DNA of 24,000 bases from assembly GCA_041752695.1 (NCBI GenBank), contig JBGSVZ010000127.1, positions 1-24,000 of the forward strand, written 5' to 3'. Below the pieces are notes generated by a model. It did not search any database. It was not told the DNA's origin and saw only the letters and a program-made list of their open reading frames with translations. Of the stretch, positions 1 to 8,517 are shown in pieces. A program made the translations under genes and the position numbers. Source of the stretch: Terrimicrobiaceae bacterium (GTDB lineage Bacteria; Verrucomicrobiota; Verrucomicrobiia; Chthoniobacterales; Terrimicrobiaceae). How positions within the stretch are numbered: the stretch's first letter is position 1; each line of letters begins with the position of its first letter.

Positions 1-89
1 CTTGTTCGCTCACTTTCAGGACATTGGACATTGACCCCATCCAACCGCCCCGGGAGCGATCAGTCAGAGCCCGTTTTCCCGTCCAAAAA

Positions 90-135
90 GTGGTGCACTT
101 TCAAGTGACCGAAGGTGGTGCACTTTGGGTGACCG
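90..135. repeat. Tandem direct repeat, two copies of GTGGTGCACTTT-N2/3-GTGACCG, period 25 bp
   Basis: Read directly: 90-111 is GTGGTGCACTTTCAAGTGACCG and 115-135 is GTGGTGCACTTTGGGTGACCG. Both share 12/12 and 7/7 identical blocks. Copy 1 also contains the small dyad CACTT-TC-AAGTG. The repeat lies about 200 bp beyond the integrase 3' end, inside the presumed element. Confidence 0.6.
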
Positions 136-336
136 CCGACACAGACGGTCACTTGGGCGATTGCGATGCTTCCCCGAGCACGGTCAGGAAATGGACCGTT
201 GCGCGCCAAAAGTATTTTCTCCAACCTTCCACCCGAGTTTCAGCCAATTCACCGATTGATGAGCGCCGGAATCGAACTGGCGTGGCTCCGTGCACGCTTC
301 AGTCGCAAGACGATAGCGAAGCGATGACTGGACTCA

Positions 337-1605
337 TCAATCCGGCATGATTGAGAACCATCTTTTCGCTTCCGGCTCTGTCACCAACTCCAGATAGTTT
401 TCCTGGATGACACCCGGACTGTTCCCGGATTCCAGAGCGACTTGAGCAATGTCTTTGACGATTGCCAAGCGATACGAAACGTAGGAATTCCGCATGGCGT
501 TTTTTTTATATGCAACGCCTACCTCGTCAGCCCGGCGGGTCCAGCTTCTCGATAGTGTTTGAGCGGAATTCCATCGTTCCGCAATTGTCCCCGTGGATTG
601 CGCGTAAGGGAGCAGCCACTGCTTTAGATTCGGCAGGAGCGGGGGAAGTCGGCGCTTCTTCGTTTTGGTAATATCCTTGGTCAGGAAAATGACATCCTGG
701 TCGAATTTGATGTCCTCCCATCGGATCAGCAACATTTCCTCAGTTCGAAGACCCGAGAAGAGCTTCAAGGCAAGGGAAGGAATCAGACGCTCTGGGGCGC
801 CCCGCAAAAGCTTCTCCGCCTCTTCAACCGAAAACACCTCATTGTCGGCTCCGGCGTCGTTGACCCGCTTCGCATCCCTCACCGCATGCGGCAGCTCTTT
901 CGGTAGGTAACCCTCGGTTTGCGCGAATCCGAAAAAATTATGCACGGCGTCGCGGTAATTGTCGCGAGTGCGTCCGGCCACATCCAAGCCGCGCAGCCAG
1001 TCATTGATCGCGGCATTGGAGATCTCGGTGATCGGACAGGTGAAATGGCCAATAAATCTGCCCACCATACGCTTGACGTCTCTTCGATGATATTCGCCCC
1101 GTTTGTCCGCTTCCAAGGCTGCAAGCATGGCATCCAAAATCTCCTGAAGCGTCCCCTCCTTGACGACAGTCCTCCCGTGGCGGTCAAAGAACTTTGCAGC
1201 CTCCATGACGGAAACGGACCCCAGAAGCTTCCGGGCTTGGACGTATTCCTTCACAGCGAGGTCCAGGGAGACGTCCGCCACATCGCGCAATGCCTCGATA
1301 GCGCCGACGTAAATCCGCCGGTCGTCACCCGTGAGTTCCAAGGCAGAGCTTTCCCCATTACCCAACTTTGTGGCGATCACCTCCGCCTCGGCGAATGCCT
1401 TGGCGTAGTCCTTAAACCTTTCGCGTTTCCTCTGGCCTCCGAGGTAGTAGACGATCGTGAAGGAATCATACGATTTCCCTCCGACTGTCGTGGGAGTGCG
1501 GTGAATCGTAACCCTTCCCTTGAGACCGGTCGGCCCTCGCTCCACGACCTGAGGGAAGGTGATTTTTGCCAGAGAAACGGGGCGTCCCATGGACGCAACT
1601 GTCAC
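337..1605 (-). CDS. Tyrosine-type site-specific recombinase/integrase (phage-integrase family)
   Basis: 422-aa ORF. The C-terminal catalytic region has box-I-like LFSGLRTEEMLLIRWEDI and a terminal RNSYVSYRL...GNSPGVIQENYL segment carrying the nucleophile Tyr. The N-terminal half is SAM/arm-binding-like. It is adjacent to the tRNA-Gly 3' end. Confidence 0.85.
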   Translation of the reverse strand: MTVASMGRPVSLAKITFPQVVERGPTGLKGRVTIHRTPTTVGGKSYDSFTIVYYLGGQRKRERFKDYAKAFAEAEVIATKLGNGESSALELTGDDRRIYVGAIEALRDVADVSLDLAVKEYVQARKLLGSVSVMEAAKFFDRHGRTVVKEGTLQEILDAMLAALEADKRGEYHRRDVKRMVGRFIGHFTCPITEISNAAINDWLRGLDVAGRTRDNYRDAVHNFFGFAQTEGYLPKELPHAVRDAKRVNDAGADNEVFSVEEAEKLLRGAPERLIPSLALKLFSGLRTEEMLLIRWEDIKFDQDVIFLTKDITKTKKRRLPPLLPNLKQWLLPYAQSTGTIAERWNSAQTLSRSWTRRADEVGVAYKKNAMRNSYVSYRLAIVKDIAQVALESGNSPGVIQENYLELVTEPEAKRWFSIMPD

Positions 1606-1656
1606 AAATCTGACACAAAAATCAAGTATTCAGTCGTAAGTCGTTGATTATCAGGG

Positions 1657-1727
1657 AGCGGGTGAAGGGAATCGAACCCTCGTGTCCAGCTTGGGAAGCT
1701 GGCGTTCTGCCATTGAACTACACCCGC
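1657..1727 (-). tRNA. tRNA-Gly (anticodon CCC)
   Basis: The reverse complement folds as a 71-nt cloverleaf:
- acceptor GCGGGTG/CACCCGC
- D-arm GTTC-AATGGCA-GAAC
- anticodon arm CCAGC-TTCCCAA-GCTGG, with anticodon CCC at + strand 1693-1695
- T-arm GAGGG-TTCGATT-CCCTT
- discriminator T
CCA is not encoded. Confidence 0.9.
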
Positions 1728-1734
1728 GGGAAAA

Positions 1735-2265
1735 CTATTCCCAGGAAGTTACGTAGCGACGCTTTTTCTGGCCATCATTCGCGCCGGCATGGGTACCGGG
1801 AACATTCCAAACGGCGACTTTTTTCATCGGAGACTGGCTGTTCGTGCCGGCGGCTCCATTGATACGATTGTCGTAGTCATCGTCGAATACAATTTGATAG
1901 GCAGACCCCCAGGGATCAACAAAAGCACTTCCACTCAGTCCGCTTTTCCCCTTCTTGGCGGTTTGCACTTCCATGAAGACAATCTGACGAGGATTGGGAA
2001 CGGTGGTCGAATTAGAACCCATGAGGGCTTGAATCAATGCGCCATCCACCGGTATCGCCGAAGCGTTTGTCATAGGCAACCGACCGTATTCGGTTTCGTA
2101 GGCGGTCACTGCCGTGGCAATTTGCACGACGTCGTTCTTGGCTTGGGCACGGCGGGCGGAGTCGATGGCGGAATTCACGGCCGGGAAGAGCAGCGCCATG
2201 AGGATCCCGATGATGGCGATTACGATGAGAAGTTCGATCAGGGTAAAGGCGCGGGAGGATTTCAT
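1735..2265 (-). CDS. Prepilin-type N-terminal cleavage/methylation domain protein (GspG-like type II secretion pseudopilin)
   Basis: The [31 protein letters not shown]-terminus is a class III signal with a hydrophobic helix. [14 protein letters not shown] resembles the GspG DPWG motif. The start was chosen at the internal ATG 2265, which has GGAG 10 nt upstream, rather than the ORF-track start 2316. The stop lies 7 nt upstream of tRNA-Gly. Confidence 0.8.
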   Translation of the reverse strand: MKSSRAFTLIELLIVIAIIGILMALLFPAVNSAIDSARRAQAKNDVVQIATAVTAYETEYGRLPMTNASAIPVDGALIQALMGSNSTTVPNPRQIVFMEVQTAKKGKSGLSGSAFVDPWGSAYQIVFDDDYDNRINGAAGTNSQSPMKKVAVWNVPGTHAGANDGQKKRRYVTSWE

Positions 2266-2354
2266 GACGAAAATTTCTCCAGAAAGGTGGTTCGGGTCCG
2301 GCATCCGGGCAAGCATTTTCTTGCCAGCGGGGCCGCCTTTCGCGAGAAAGCTGT

Positions 2355-4586
2355 GTGCGACGTAAAAAGCAACCGCCGGGCAGAGACCGCGGCAACGGGG
2401 ATCTCCGGGCTCAAATTTTGAAATTGGTCGCGGAGCGTCCTCTCGACAAAGTGGAGCTTTCGAAGAGCCTGAACCTGCCTCCCGACGATCGAGGCGCTCT
2501 CCGCAATTTGCTCGCCAATATGGAACGCGATGGTGAAGTCGCCCGCATCCGCAAGGACCGCTATATCATCCCCGAGGAAGCGGATTTGTTCACGGGGGTG
2601 ATTCAATTTCACGCCAGCGGCACCGCTCATGTGCTGGCCGAGAAGGCCGGGGACGTCGATCTTTTTATCTCCCCGGAGAACACCTGGACCGCGATGCACG
2701 GGGACCGCGTGGTCGCCCGGTTGGTCCGGGAAAAACCGTCCTTCGAACAACCCGGACGCCAGCAGCGTGCGGCGCGGCAGGAGGGCCGGGTCATTCGTGT
2801 GCTCGAGCGGGCCAACGAGACCATCGTCGGGACGCTGCAAAAGACGCGGAATTTTTTCTTCGTCGTGGCGGACGATCCCAGGTTTGTTCACAACCTATAT
2901 GTCCCCGAGCCCAAGCCGCCGCTAAAAGTCCGCCTGGGCGACAAGGTGGTGGCGAAACTGGATTCCTGGGCGACTCGCCATGTGAATCCCGAGGGTCACG
3001 TGGTCGAGGTGCTGGGCGCGCCGGACGCCCCCGGCGTGGACATGTTGTCCATCATCCGGAAACACCGTCTGCCGGGTCCGTTTCCCGTGGAGGTGGAACG
3101 GGAGGCCCGGGCTTTGGTCACGGAGATTCCGAGTGAGGAACTGGCCCGCCGCGAGGATTTGCGGGGCAATTTTATTTTCACGATCGATCCGGATGACGCA
3201 AAGGACTTCGACGATGCGATCAATGTGGAGCGGACCGGTCAGGGCTGGCGGGTGGGGATCCATATCGCCGACGTGTCGCATTACATCCGCCCGAAAAGCC
3301 CGCTGGATCGCGAGGCGCAGGAGCGGGGCAACAGTGTCTATCTGGCGGACCGCGTGATCCCCATGCTTCCCGAGGCGCTAAGCAACGGGATTTGCAGCCT
3401 GCGGCCGGACGAGGACCATTTGACGTTTTCGGTGTTTGCCGAAGTGAATCGGAAGGGGAAGGTGACGGCGGCGAGGTTCGCCAAGACCGTCATTCGCAGC
3501 AAAGCCCGGCTGACCTACAAACAAGCCTTCGCGCATCTGCAGCAACCCCCGCACGACGATCTCACCCGTAAGCTGCACACAGCCTGGGAATTATCGTCTG
3601 TCCTGCGGAAGGCGCGATTTGCCAACGGTTCACTCGACCTGGACTTTCCGGAAGTGAAAGTCTGGTTGGACGAGAATGGCCGACCGGTGCGGCTGGAGAA
3701 AGTGGAGAACGACATTTCCCACCAACTCATCGAAGAGCTGATGTTGCTGGCGAATGAACTGGTCGCACGCGAACTGATGAGAGCAAAGCAACCGTCCGTT
3801 TATCGGATTCACGAAAAGCCGGACGCCGAGAAGTTGGTCGAGTTCCGCGAGACAGCCATTGCTCAGGGCATTCGCTGCGGCGATCTGACCAACCGACCCG
3901 AGTTGCAGCGCCTGCTGGCGCTTTCCAAAGGTAAACCTCAGGAATACGCCATTAAATTGGGGCTGCTCAAAAGCCTCAAACGCGCCCGCTACGCGCCCGA
4001 ACCGCTGGGTCACTACGGGCTGAACAAAAGCGACTACACCCATTTCACCAGTCCCATCCGGCGGTATTCGGACCTGATTGTTCATCGGTCGCTGGAACGT
4101 CAGTTGGGAATCACAAAAAAGGGCCCGGAATCGACCGGTCTCGGCGCGCTGAGTGAGCATATTTCGACGACCGAACGCATCGCCTCCGACGCGGAGCGGG
4201 ACTCCACGAAACTGAAAAAGCTGGAGTATTTTCAAATGCAGGTGGCCGAGCGCACGGGTGAACCGTTCAAGGCGCGGATTATGGAAGTGCGCAACTACGG
4301 GCTCTTTGTCGAGTTGCCGGAATTCCTGATGAGCGGGCTGATTCACGTTTCGGCGATGGACAGCGATTTTTACATGGTGGATGTGGCCAGGGGCCGACTG
4401 GTGGGCAAGAGGTCCAAGAAGACGTATCAGGTCGGCGACGAGATCGATGTGTTGGTCGCGCGGGTGGACATGTTTAAACAGCAGGTGGATTTCCAGGTCG
4501 CGGGGAGCCCGACGGAGGCGAAAGAAAACCGCAGCGCTCGCCCACTGGGCCGAGGGCCACAAGAGCGCAGGCGGGAGCGTCGCTAG
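2355..4586 (+). CDS. rnr: Ribonuclease R (3'-5' exoribonuclease, RNB family)
   Basis: 743 aa with a GTG start. Domains seen:
- N-terminal HTH-like region
- cold-shock/OB region
- RNB catalytic core ([18 protein letters not shown]...[18 protein letters not shown])
- C-terminal S1 domain ([26 protein letters not shown])
- basic tail. Confidence 0.93.
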   Translation: MRRKKQPPGRDRGNGDLRAQILKLVAERPLDKVELSKSLNLPPDDRGALRNLLANMERDGEVARIRKDRYIIPEEADLFTGVIQFHASGTAHVLAEKAGDVDLFISPENTWTAMHGDRVVARLVREKPSFEQPGRQQRAARQEGRVIRVLERANETIVGTLQKTRNFFFVVADDPRFVHNLYVPEPKPPLKVRLGDKVVAKLDSWATRHVNPEGHVVEVLGAPDAPGVDMLSIIRKHRLPGPFPVEVEREARALVTEIPSEELARREDLRGNFIFTIDPDDAKDFDDAINVERTGQGWRVGIHIADVSHYIRPKSPLDREAQERGNSVYLADRVIPMLPEALSNGICSLRPDEDHLTFSVFAEVNRKGKVTAARFAKTVIRSKARLTYKQAFAHLQQPPHDDLTRKLHTAWELSSVLRKARFANGSLDLDFPEVKVWLDENGRPVRLEKVENDISHQLIEELMLLANELVARELMRAKQPSVYRIHEKPDAEKLVEFRETAIAQGIRCGDLTNRPELQRLLALSKGKPQEYAIKLGLLKSLKRARYAPEPLGHYGLNKSDYTHFTSPIRRYSDLIVHRSLERQLGITKKGPESTGLGALSEHISTTERIASDAERDSTKLKKLEYFQMQVAERTGEPFKARIMEVRNYGLFVELPEFLMSGLIHVSAMDSDFYMVDVARGRLVGKRSKKTYQVGDEIDVLVARVDMFKQQVDFQVAGSPTEAKENRSARPLGRGPQERRRERR

Positions 4587-4716
4587 CGCCCGGCTTTCGA
4601 GGGATTTACGCCCCCGAAAGACGGATTGGGGCCGACAGCACCGGCTCCCAAAATTTCAGTTGTGGGACGCTGGGTTCTGCTGTTAAATCTTACGTTCTCC
4701 CAATTGTCTCTATTAG

Positions 4717-4923
4717 ATGGATACCATACTCGAGTCGCGTGAGCTCCAAGTTGAGCGCAAGCACTTCTTCATTGAATTCCGCGAAAATGAACGCGGCCGT
4801 TTCCTCCGCATCACCGAGGAGGCCCATGGCCGCCGCAACACGGTCATCATTCCCAGCACCGGCCTCGAAGAGTTCGAGCGCATGCTGAACGAAGTGCTCG
4901 CCGTCAACAGCGCCCGCGCCTGA
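4717..4923 (+). CDS. PUR-alpha-like (PUR repeat / DUF3276-type) small ssDNA/RNA-binding protein
   Basis: 68 aa. [58 protein letters not shown] matches the eukaryotic and bacterial PUR repeat pattern L.S..L....K.F.....N..GRFL.I.E.........EF...L. A terminator follows. The overlapping minus-strand ORF 4690-4968 has no recognisable features. Confidence 0.75.
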   Translation: MDTILESRELQVERKHFFIEFRENERGRFLRITEEAHGRRNTVIIPSTGLEEFERMLNEVLAVNSARA

Positions 4924-4928
4924 TTTCG

Positions 4929-4955
4929 CGGGCGATTCGCCCGAATCTTTTTTTT
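4929..4955 (+). terminator. Rho-independent terminator after the PUR-like gene
   Basis: CGGGCG-ATT-CGCCCG hairpin (4929-4943) followed by AATC and a T8 run (4948-4955), 6 nt after the stop codon. Confidence 0.6.
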
Positions 4956-5026
4956 GCGGTCGCCGCAAAGCCCCGCGGGCTGCCTTTTTCGAAGGTCCTG
5001 CGCCCTCTCAGCCCCACTTTTCCTTT

Positions 5027-7783
5027 ATGTCCAAAAAAACCAAAACCTCTAAAAAGTCCCCGTCGCCTTCCGCCAAAGGCAAGTACGTATACACCTGGGG
5101 CGCAGGCAAAGCCGACGGCGACGGCAAGATGAAACCCCTTCTTGGCGGCAAAGGTGCGAACCTCGCTGAGATGACCCGCATCGGTCTCCCGGTCCCTCCC
5201 GGATTTACCATCACGACCGAGGTCTGCACGTATTTCTACGATCACAAAAAGACCTACCCACCTTCCCTCCAATCGCAGGTTGAAGCCGGCGTGCGCAACA
5301 TGGAGAAAATCATGGGTTACAAGTTCGGCGACGCCAAGGGCTTCCCGCTCCTCGTGGCCGTCCGCTCGGGTGCCCGCGACTCCATGCCCGGCATGATGGA
5401 CACGATCCTCAACCTGGGCCTCAACGACCAGACGGTTCTTTCCCTCGCCGCCGCGACGAAAAACGAACGTTTCGCGTGGGATTGTTACCGCCGCTTCATT
5501 CAGATGTATGGCGATGTCGTTCTCGGCGTGCAGAAGAAGGAGGGCGAAGACCACGAGCCCTTCGAAGTCGTGATCGAAGAGTTCAAACACGAGAAGTACC
5601 ACAAGGATATCGTGGACAGCGAACTCACCGCCGATGACCAGAAGGAAATGGTCGCGCGTTTCAAGAAGCTGGTCAAAGACCGCACGGGCAAAGGTTTCCC
5701 AAATGATCCCTGGGAGCAGCTCAAGGGCGCGGCCGGCGCTGTTTTCGGTTCGTGGATGAACGATCGCGCGATCGTGTACCGCCGCAAATACGGCATTCCC
5801 GCCGAATGGGGCACGGCTGTCAACGTGCAGGCCATGGTCTATGGCAACACGGGCGAAACCTCCGGCAGCGGCGTGGCTTTCACCCGCAATCCGGCCAACG
5901 GGGCCAATGAGTTTTACGGCGAATTCCTCATCAACGCGCAGGGCGAAGATGTCGTGGCCGGCGTCCGCACTCCCGAGCCCGTTTCGGAGCTGAAAAAACA
6001 AATGCCGAAATCCTACGCGGAGCTGATGAAGGTTCGCGCAATTCTGGAGAAACATTTCAAAGACGTGCAGGACGTCGAGTTCACGGTGCAGGAAGGCAAG
6101 CTGTTCATGCTGCAGACCCGCAACGGCAAACGCACCGCGGCCGCCGCGCTGAAGTTCTCCATGGACATGTTCAAGGAGAAGCTCATCGACTGGAAAACCG
6201 CCGTGATGCGCAATCCTGCCGATCAGCTCGACCAGCTCCTCGCCCCGATCTTCGATCTCGCCGAGATCAAGAAGGCCAAGGAACTCGCCAAGGGCCTCCC
6301 GGCCGGTCCAGGTGCCGCCTCAGGCAAGATCTACCTCAACGCCGACCGCGCCGCCGCCGCTGCCGAGAAGGGCGAAAAAGTCCTCCTCGTCCGGAATGAA
6401 ACCTCGCCGGAAGATCTTCGCGGTATGATCGCTGCCGAAGGCATCCTCACCGCCAAGGGTGGTGTCTCCTCCCACGCCGCGCTCGTCGCCCGTCAGATGG
6501 GCAAGGTTTGTATCTGCGGCGCCAGCTCGCTCCAGATCGACTACGACAAGAAGACCGTCACCGTCGCCGGACAGACCTTCAAGGAAGGAGATTTCCTCTC
6601 GATTGACGGCACCTCTGGCACCGTTTACGGCGGCCAGGTGGCCACCGCGCCGAGCGAAATCGTCGCCGGCCTGCTCAACGGCAACAAAGCCGCCCAGAAG
6701 ACCGAGAAGTTCAAAAACTTCCTCCAGCTCATGAAATGGTGCAGCCAGGCTTCCCGCATGGAAGTCCGGACCAACGCCGACACGCCCGAGCAGACGGAAA
6801 ATGCCCTGGCCTTCGGCGCGACCGGCATCGGCCTCACCCGCACGGAACACATGTTCTTCGAAGGCAACCGCATCGACGCCATGCGCGAGATGATTCTCGC
6901 CAACAACCTCGACGACCGCAAAAAAGCGCTCGCGAAACTCCTTCCGTTCCAACGTGAGGATTTCACCGGCATCTTCAAGGCGCTCAAGGGATTCCCGGCC
7001 ACGATCCGTTTCCTCGATCCTCCGCTCCATGAATTCCTTCCTCACACGAAGGAACAGCAGCTCGACCTCGCGAAGAAACTCGGCATCAAAGTCGAATTCA
7101 TCCAGCAGCGCGTCGAACAGCTTCACGAATTCAATCCGATGCTCGGACACCGCGGTTGCCGTCTCGGCGTCGCGTATCCCGAGATCACCGAAATGCAGGC
7201 CCGCGCCGTCTTCGAAGCCGCCGCTGACGTGGCGAAGAAGAAGATCAAGGTGAAGCCCGAAATCATGATCCCGCTCGTCGGATTCAAGAAGGAACTCGAC
7301 CTCCAGGTCGAAATCGTTCACCGCGTCGCCAAGGAAGTGATGGCCGAGAAGAAGGTCAAGTTCGACTACATGGTCGGCACCATGATCGAAGTGCCCCGCG
7401 GGGCCCTCACCGCTGACGAAATCGCGCAGACCGCGGAGTTCTTCAGCTTCGGCACGAACGATCTCACCCAGACGACGCTCGGCATCAGCCGCGACGACAT
7501 GGGCAATTTCCTCATGCCTTACACCGAGAACGAAATCTTCAAGAAGAACCCGTTCGCCACACTGGATCAGACCGGCGTCGGACAGCTCATGGAGATTGCC
7601 GTGGCCAAGGGCCGTGCGACCCGCAAGACCATCAAGCTCGGCATCTGTGGCGAACACGGCGGCGATCCAGACAGCGTGAAATTCTGTCACAAACTCGGCC
7701 TCGCCTACGTCTCGTGCTCGCCTTACCGCGTGCCCGTCGCCCGCCTCGCCGCCGCCCAGGCCGCGCTGGAAGAAGCGAAATAA
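5027..7783 (+). CDS. ppdK: Pyruvate, phosphate dikinase
   Basis: 918 aa. It has [15 protein letters not shown]-grasp N-terminal motifs, the phospho-His swivel domain [19 protein letters not shown], and a PEP-utilising C-terminal TIM barrel ([21 protein letters not shown]). A Lys/Ser-rich 17-aa N-terminal extension precedes the conserved KYVY start region. Confidence 0.95.
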   Translation: MSKKTKTSKKSPSPSAKGKYVYTWGAGKADGDGKMKPLLGGKGANLAEMTRIGLPVPPGFTITTEVCTYFYDHKKTYPPSLQSQVEAGVRNMEKIMGYKFGDAKGFPLLVAVRSGARDSMPGMMDTILNLGLNDQTVLSLAAATKNERFAWDCYRRFIQMYGDVVLGVQKKEGEDHEPFEVVIEEFKHEKYHKDIVDSELTADDQKEMVARFKKLVKDRTGKGFPNDPWEQLKGAAGAVFGSWMNDRAIVYRRKYGIPAEWGTAVNVQAMVYGNTGETSGSGVAFTRNPANGANEFYGEFLINAQGEDVVAGVRTPEPVSELKKQMPKSYAELMKVRAILEKHFKDVQDVEFTVQEGKLFMLQTRNGKRTAAAALKFSMDMFKEKLIDWKTAVMRNPADQLDQLLAPIFDLAEIKKAKELAKGLPAGPGAASGKIYLNADRAAAAAEKGEKVLLVRNETSPEDLRGMIAAEGILTAKGGVSSHAALVARQMGKVCICGASSLQIDYDKKTVTVAGQTFKEGDFLSIDGTSGTVYGGQVATAPSEIVAGLLNGNKAAQKTEKFKNFLQLMKWCSQASRMEVRTNADTPEQTENALAFGATGIGLTRTEHMFFEGNRIDAMREMILANNLDDRKKALAKLLPFQREDFTGIFKALKGFPATIRFLDPPLHEFLPHTKEQQLDLAKKLGIKVEFIQQRVEQLHEFNPMLGHRGCRLGVAYPEITEMQARAVFEAAADVAKKKIKVKPEIMIPLVGFKKELDLQVEIVHRVAKEVMAEKKVKFDYMVGTMIEVPRGALTADEIAQTAEFFSFGTNDLTQTTLGISRDDMGNFLMPYTENEIFKKNPFATLDQTGVGQLMEIAVAKGRATRKTIKLGICGEHGGDPDSVKFCHKLGLAYVSCSPYRVPVARLAAAQAALEEAK

Positions 7784-7834
7784 TCCTCAACCGGCAGGGA
7801 CGTCCCGCGACCGCGGGACGACCGTCCGACTTTC

Positions 7835-7869
7835 AAAAACCGCCCGTGGAGAAATCCCGGGCGGTTTTT
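7835..7869. terminator. Bidirectional Rho-independent terminator between convergent ppdK and vapC
   Basis: AAAAACCGCCCG (7835-7846), an 11-nt loop, then CGGGCGGTTTTT (7858-7869). The stem is flanked by A5 and T5, so it can terminate in both directions. A second GC hairpin, CGTCCCGCG-AC-CGCGGGACG, sits at 7801-7820. Confidence 0.65.
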
Positions 7870-7875
7870 GAGTTT

Positions 7876-8262
7876 CTACCAAATCCGCTTCACCCCGTAC
7901 CGCTCGAACACCGGATCCCGGCTGATCACCCGCCAGCCGCGCCGCTGCGCTTGGACCACCTGGATGCGGTCGAACGGGTCGCCATGAATGGGTTCCAAAT
8001 CCTTCACCGCAACCGCGTCAGAAATATCAACGCCGAGAACAGTTATGCCGTTTTCGTCCAAAATGCGCGGCAGATCGGTCTCCAGATCATAAGGGAGTTT
8101 GAGTTTACCGAGGCCCACTTTGATCGCCGCCTCCCAGACGCTGGCGATACTGACGAAACAGACGTCCGACTGCGCAATCATGGTTCCTTTTGCCAATTTC
8201 CCAAAATCGGATTTCCCTTCGAAAAAACCGATCCAGGCATTCGTATCGACCAAATAACTCAC
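7876..8262 (-). CDS. vapC: Type II toxin-antitoxin system toxin, PIN domain (VapC family)
   Basis: 128 aa. MSYLVDTNAWI carries the PIN Asp, with further acidic residues in SVWEAAIK and HGDPFDRI. The start overlaps the upstream antitoxin stop by 4 nt. Confidence 0.85.
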   Translation of the reverse strand: MSYLVDTNAWIGFFEGKSDFGKLAKGTMIAQSDVCFVSIASVWEAAIKVGLGKLKLPYDLETDLPRILDENGITVLGVDISDAVAVKDLEPIHGDPFDRIQVVQAQRRGWRVISRDPVFERYGVKRIW

Positions 8263-8486
8263 ATGTACTCCTTGAACTCTTCCAAGGGATCATCAAAGTC
8301 CGGCGCCATGTAGAATCCCGGTCCTTTTGCGCAGCCAAATTTTGCCTTTTTTTTCACCGGCAAAGGCGCGAGCTCGGCGATCCGTTTTCCGTGGCGGGTG
8401 ATGTAAATCCGACCGCCTTTCTCCACTTCGTCCAAAAGCTGGGAGAGATGCGTTTTTGCCTCAAAGGCTCCGACCTCCTTGATCAT
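8259..8486 (-). CDS. Type II antitoxin, Phd/YefM family
   Basis: 75 aa. The FEAKTHLSQLLDEVEKGGRIYITRHGKRIAELAPL N-terminal fold signature is typical of Phd/YefM. It has a 4-nt overlap with vapC. Confidence 0.8.
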   Translation of the reverse strand: MIKEVGAFEAKTHLSQLLDEVEKGGRIYITRHGKRIAELAPLPVKKKAKFGCAKGPGFYMAPDFDDPLEEFKEYM

Positions 8487-8488
8487 AC

Positions 8489-8509
8489 GTTTAAACTAGT
8501 TGAACTAGT
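8489..8509. promoter_or_regulatory. Candidate TA operator: overlapping palindromes GTTTAAAC and ACTAGT-TGA-ACTAGT
   Basis: Read directly in the 31-nt AT-rich gap between the tgt stop (8518) and the antitoxin start (8486). ACTAGT occurs at 8495-8500 and 8504-8509, and GTTTAAAC at 8489-8496. Antitoxins commonly autoregulate through palindromes at their promoter. Confidence 0.35.
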
Positions 8510-8517
8510 CGATCCGG

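Larger units (their letters stand above)
1..1656. mobile_element. Probable right-hand end of a tRNA-Gly-associated integrative element; the rest lies off-window to the left
   Basis: The tyrosine integrase gene (337-1605, minus) starts 52 bp beyond the 3' end of a minus-strand tRNA-Gly, whose 3' end is at 1657. Integrase next to a tRNA 3' end is the canonical genomic-island/prophage junction. No second att copy is visible in the window, so the extent is unknown. Confidence 0.45.

Noticed and set aside
24-350. 108-aa + strand ORF at the window start
   Set aside because: It has no recognisable domain, it contains the tandem DNA repeat (which translates to VVHFQVTEGGALWVT), and it overlaps the integrase 3' end. 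The region may still hold a small gene, but I cannot support one.
3630-4562. 310-aa minus-strand ORF
   Set aside because: It lies antisense to the RNase R RNB/S1 region. It has no motifs and is a shadow ORF.
4587-4660. Possible terminator hairpins after rnr (CTTTCG-N15-CGAAAG; GGGGCCG..CGGCTCC)
   Set aside because: The stems are short or mismatched with a large loop, and no T-run follows. This is not sufficient for a call.
4690-4968. 92-aa minus-strand ORF overlapping the PUR-like gene
   Set aside because: The + strand frame gives a clean PUR-repeat match and is followed by a + strand terminator. The minus-strand product has no features.
4904-7690. Long minus-strand ORFs 4904-6055 (383 aa) and 6320-7690 (456 aa)
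   Set aside because: They lie antisense to the unambiguous ppdK gene. Their compositions are repetitive and rich in G, A, R, E and V, with no motifs.
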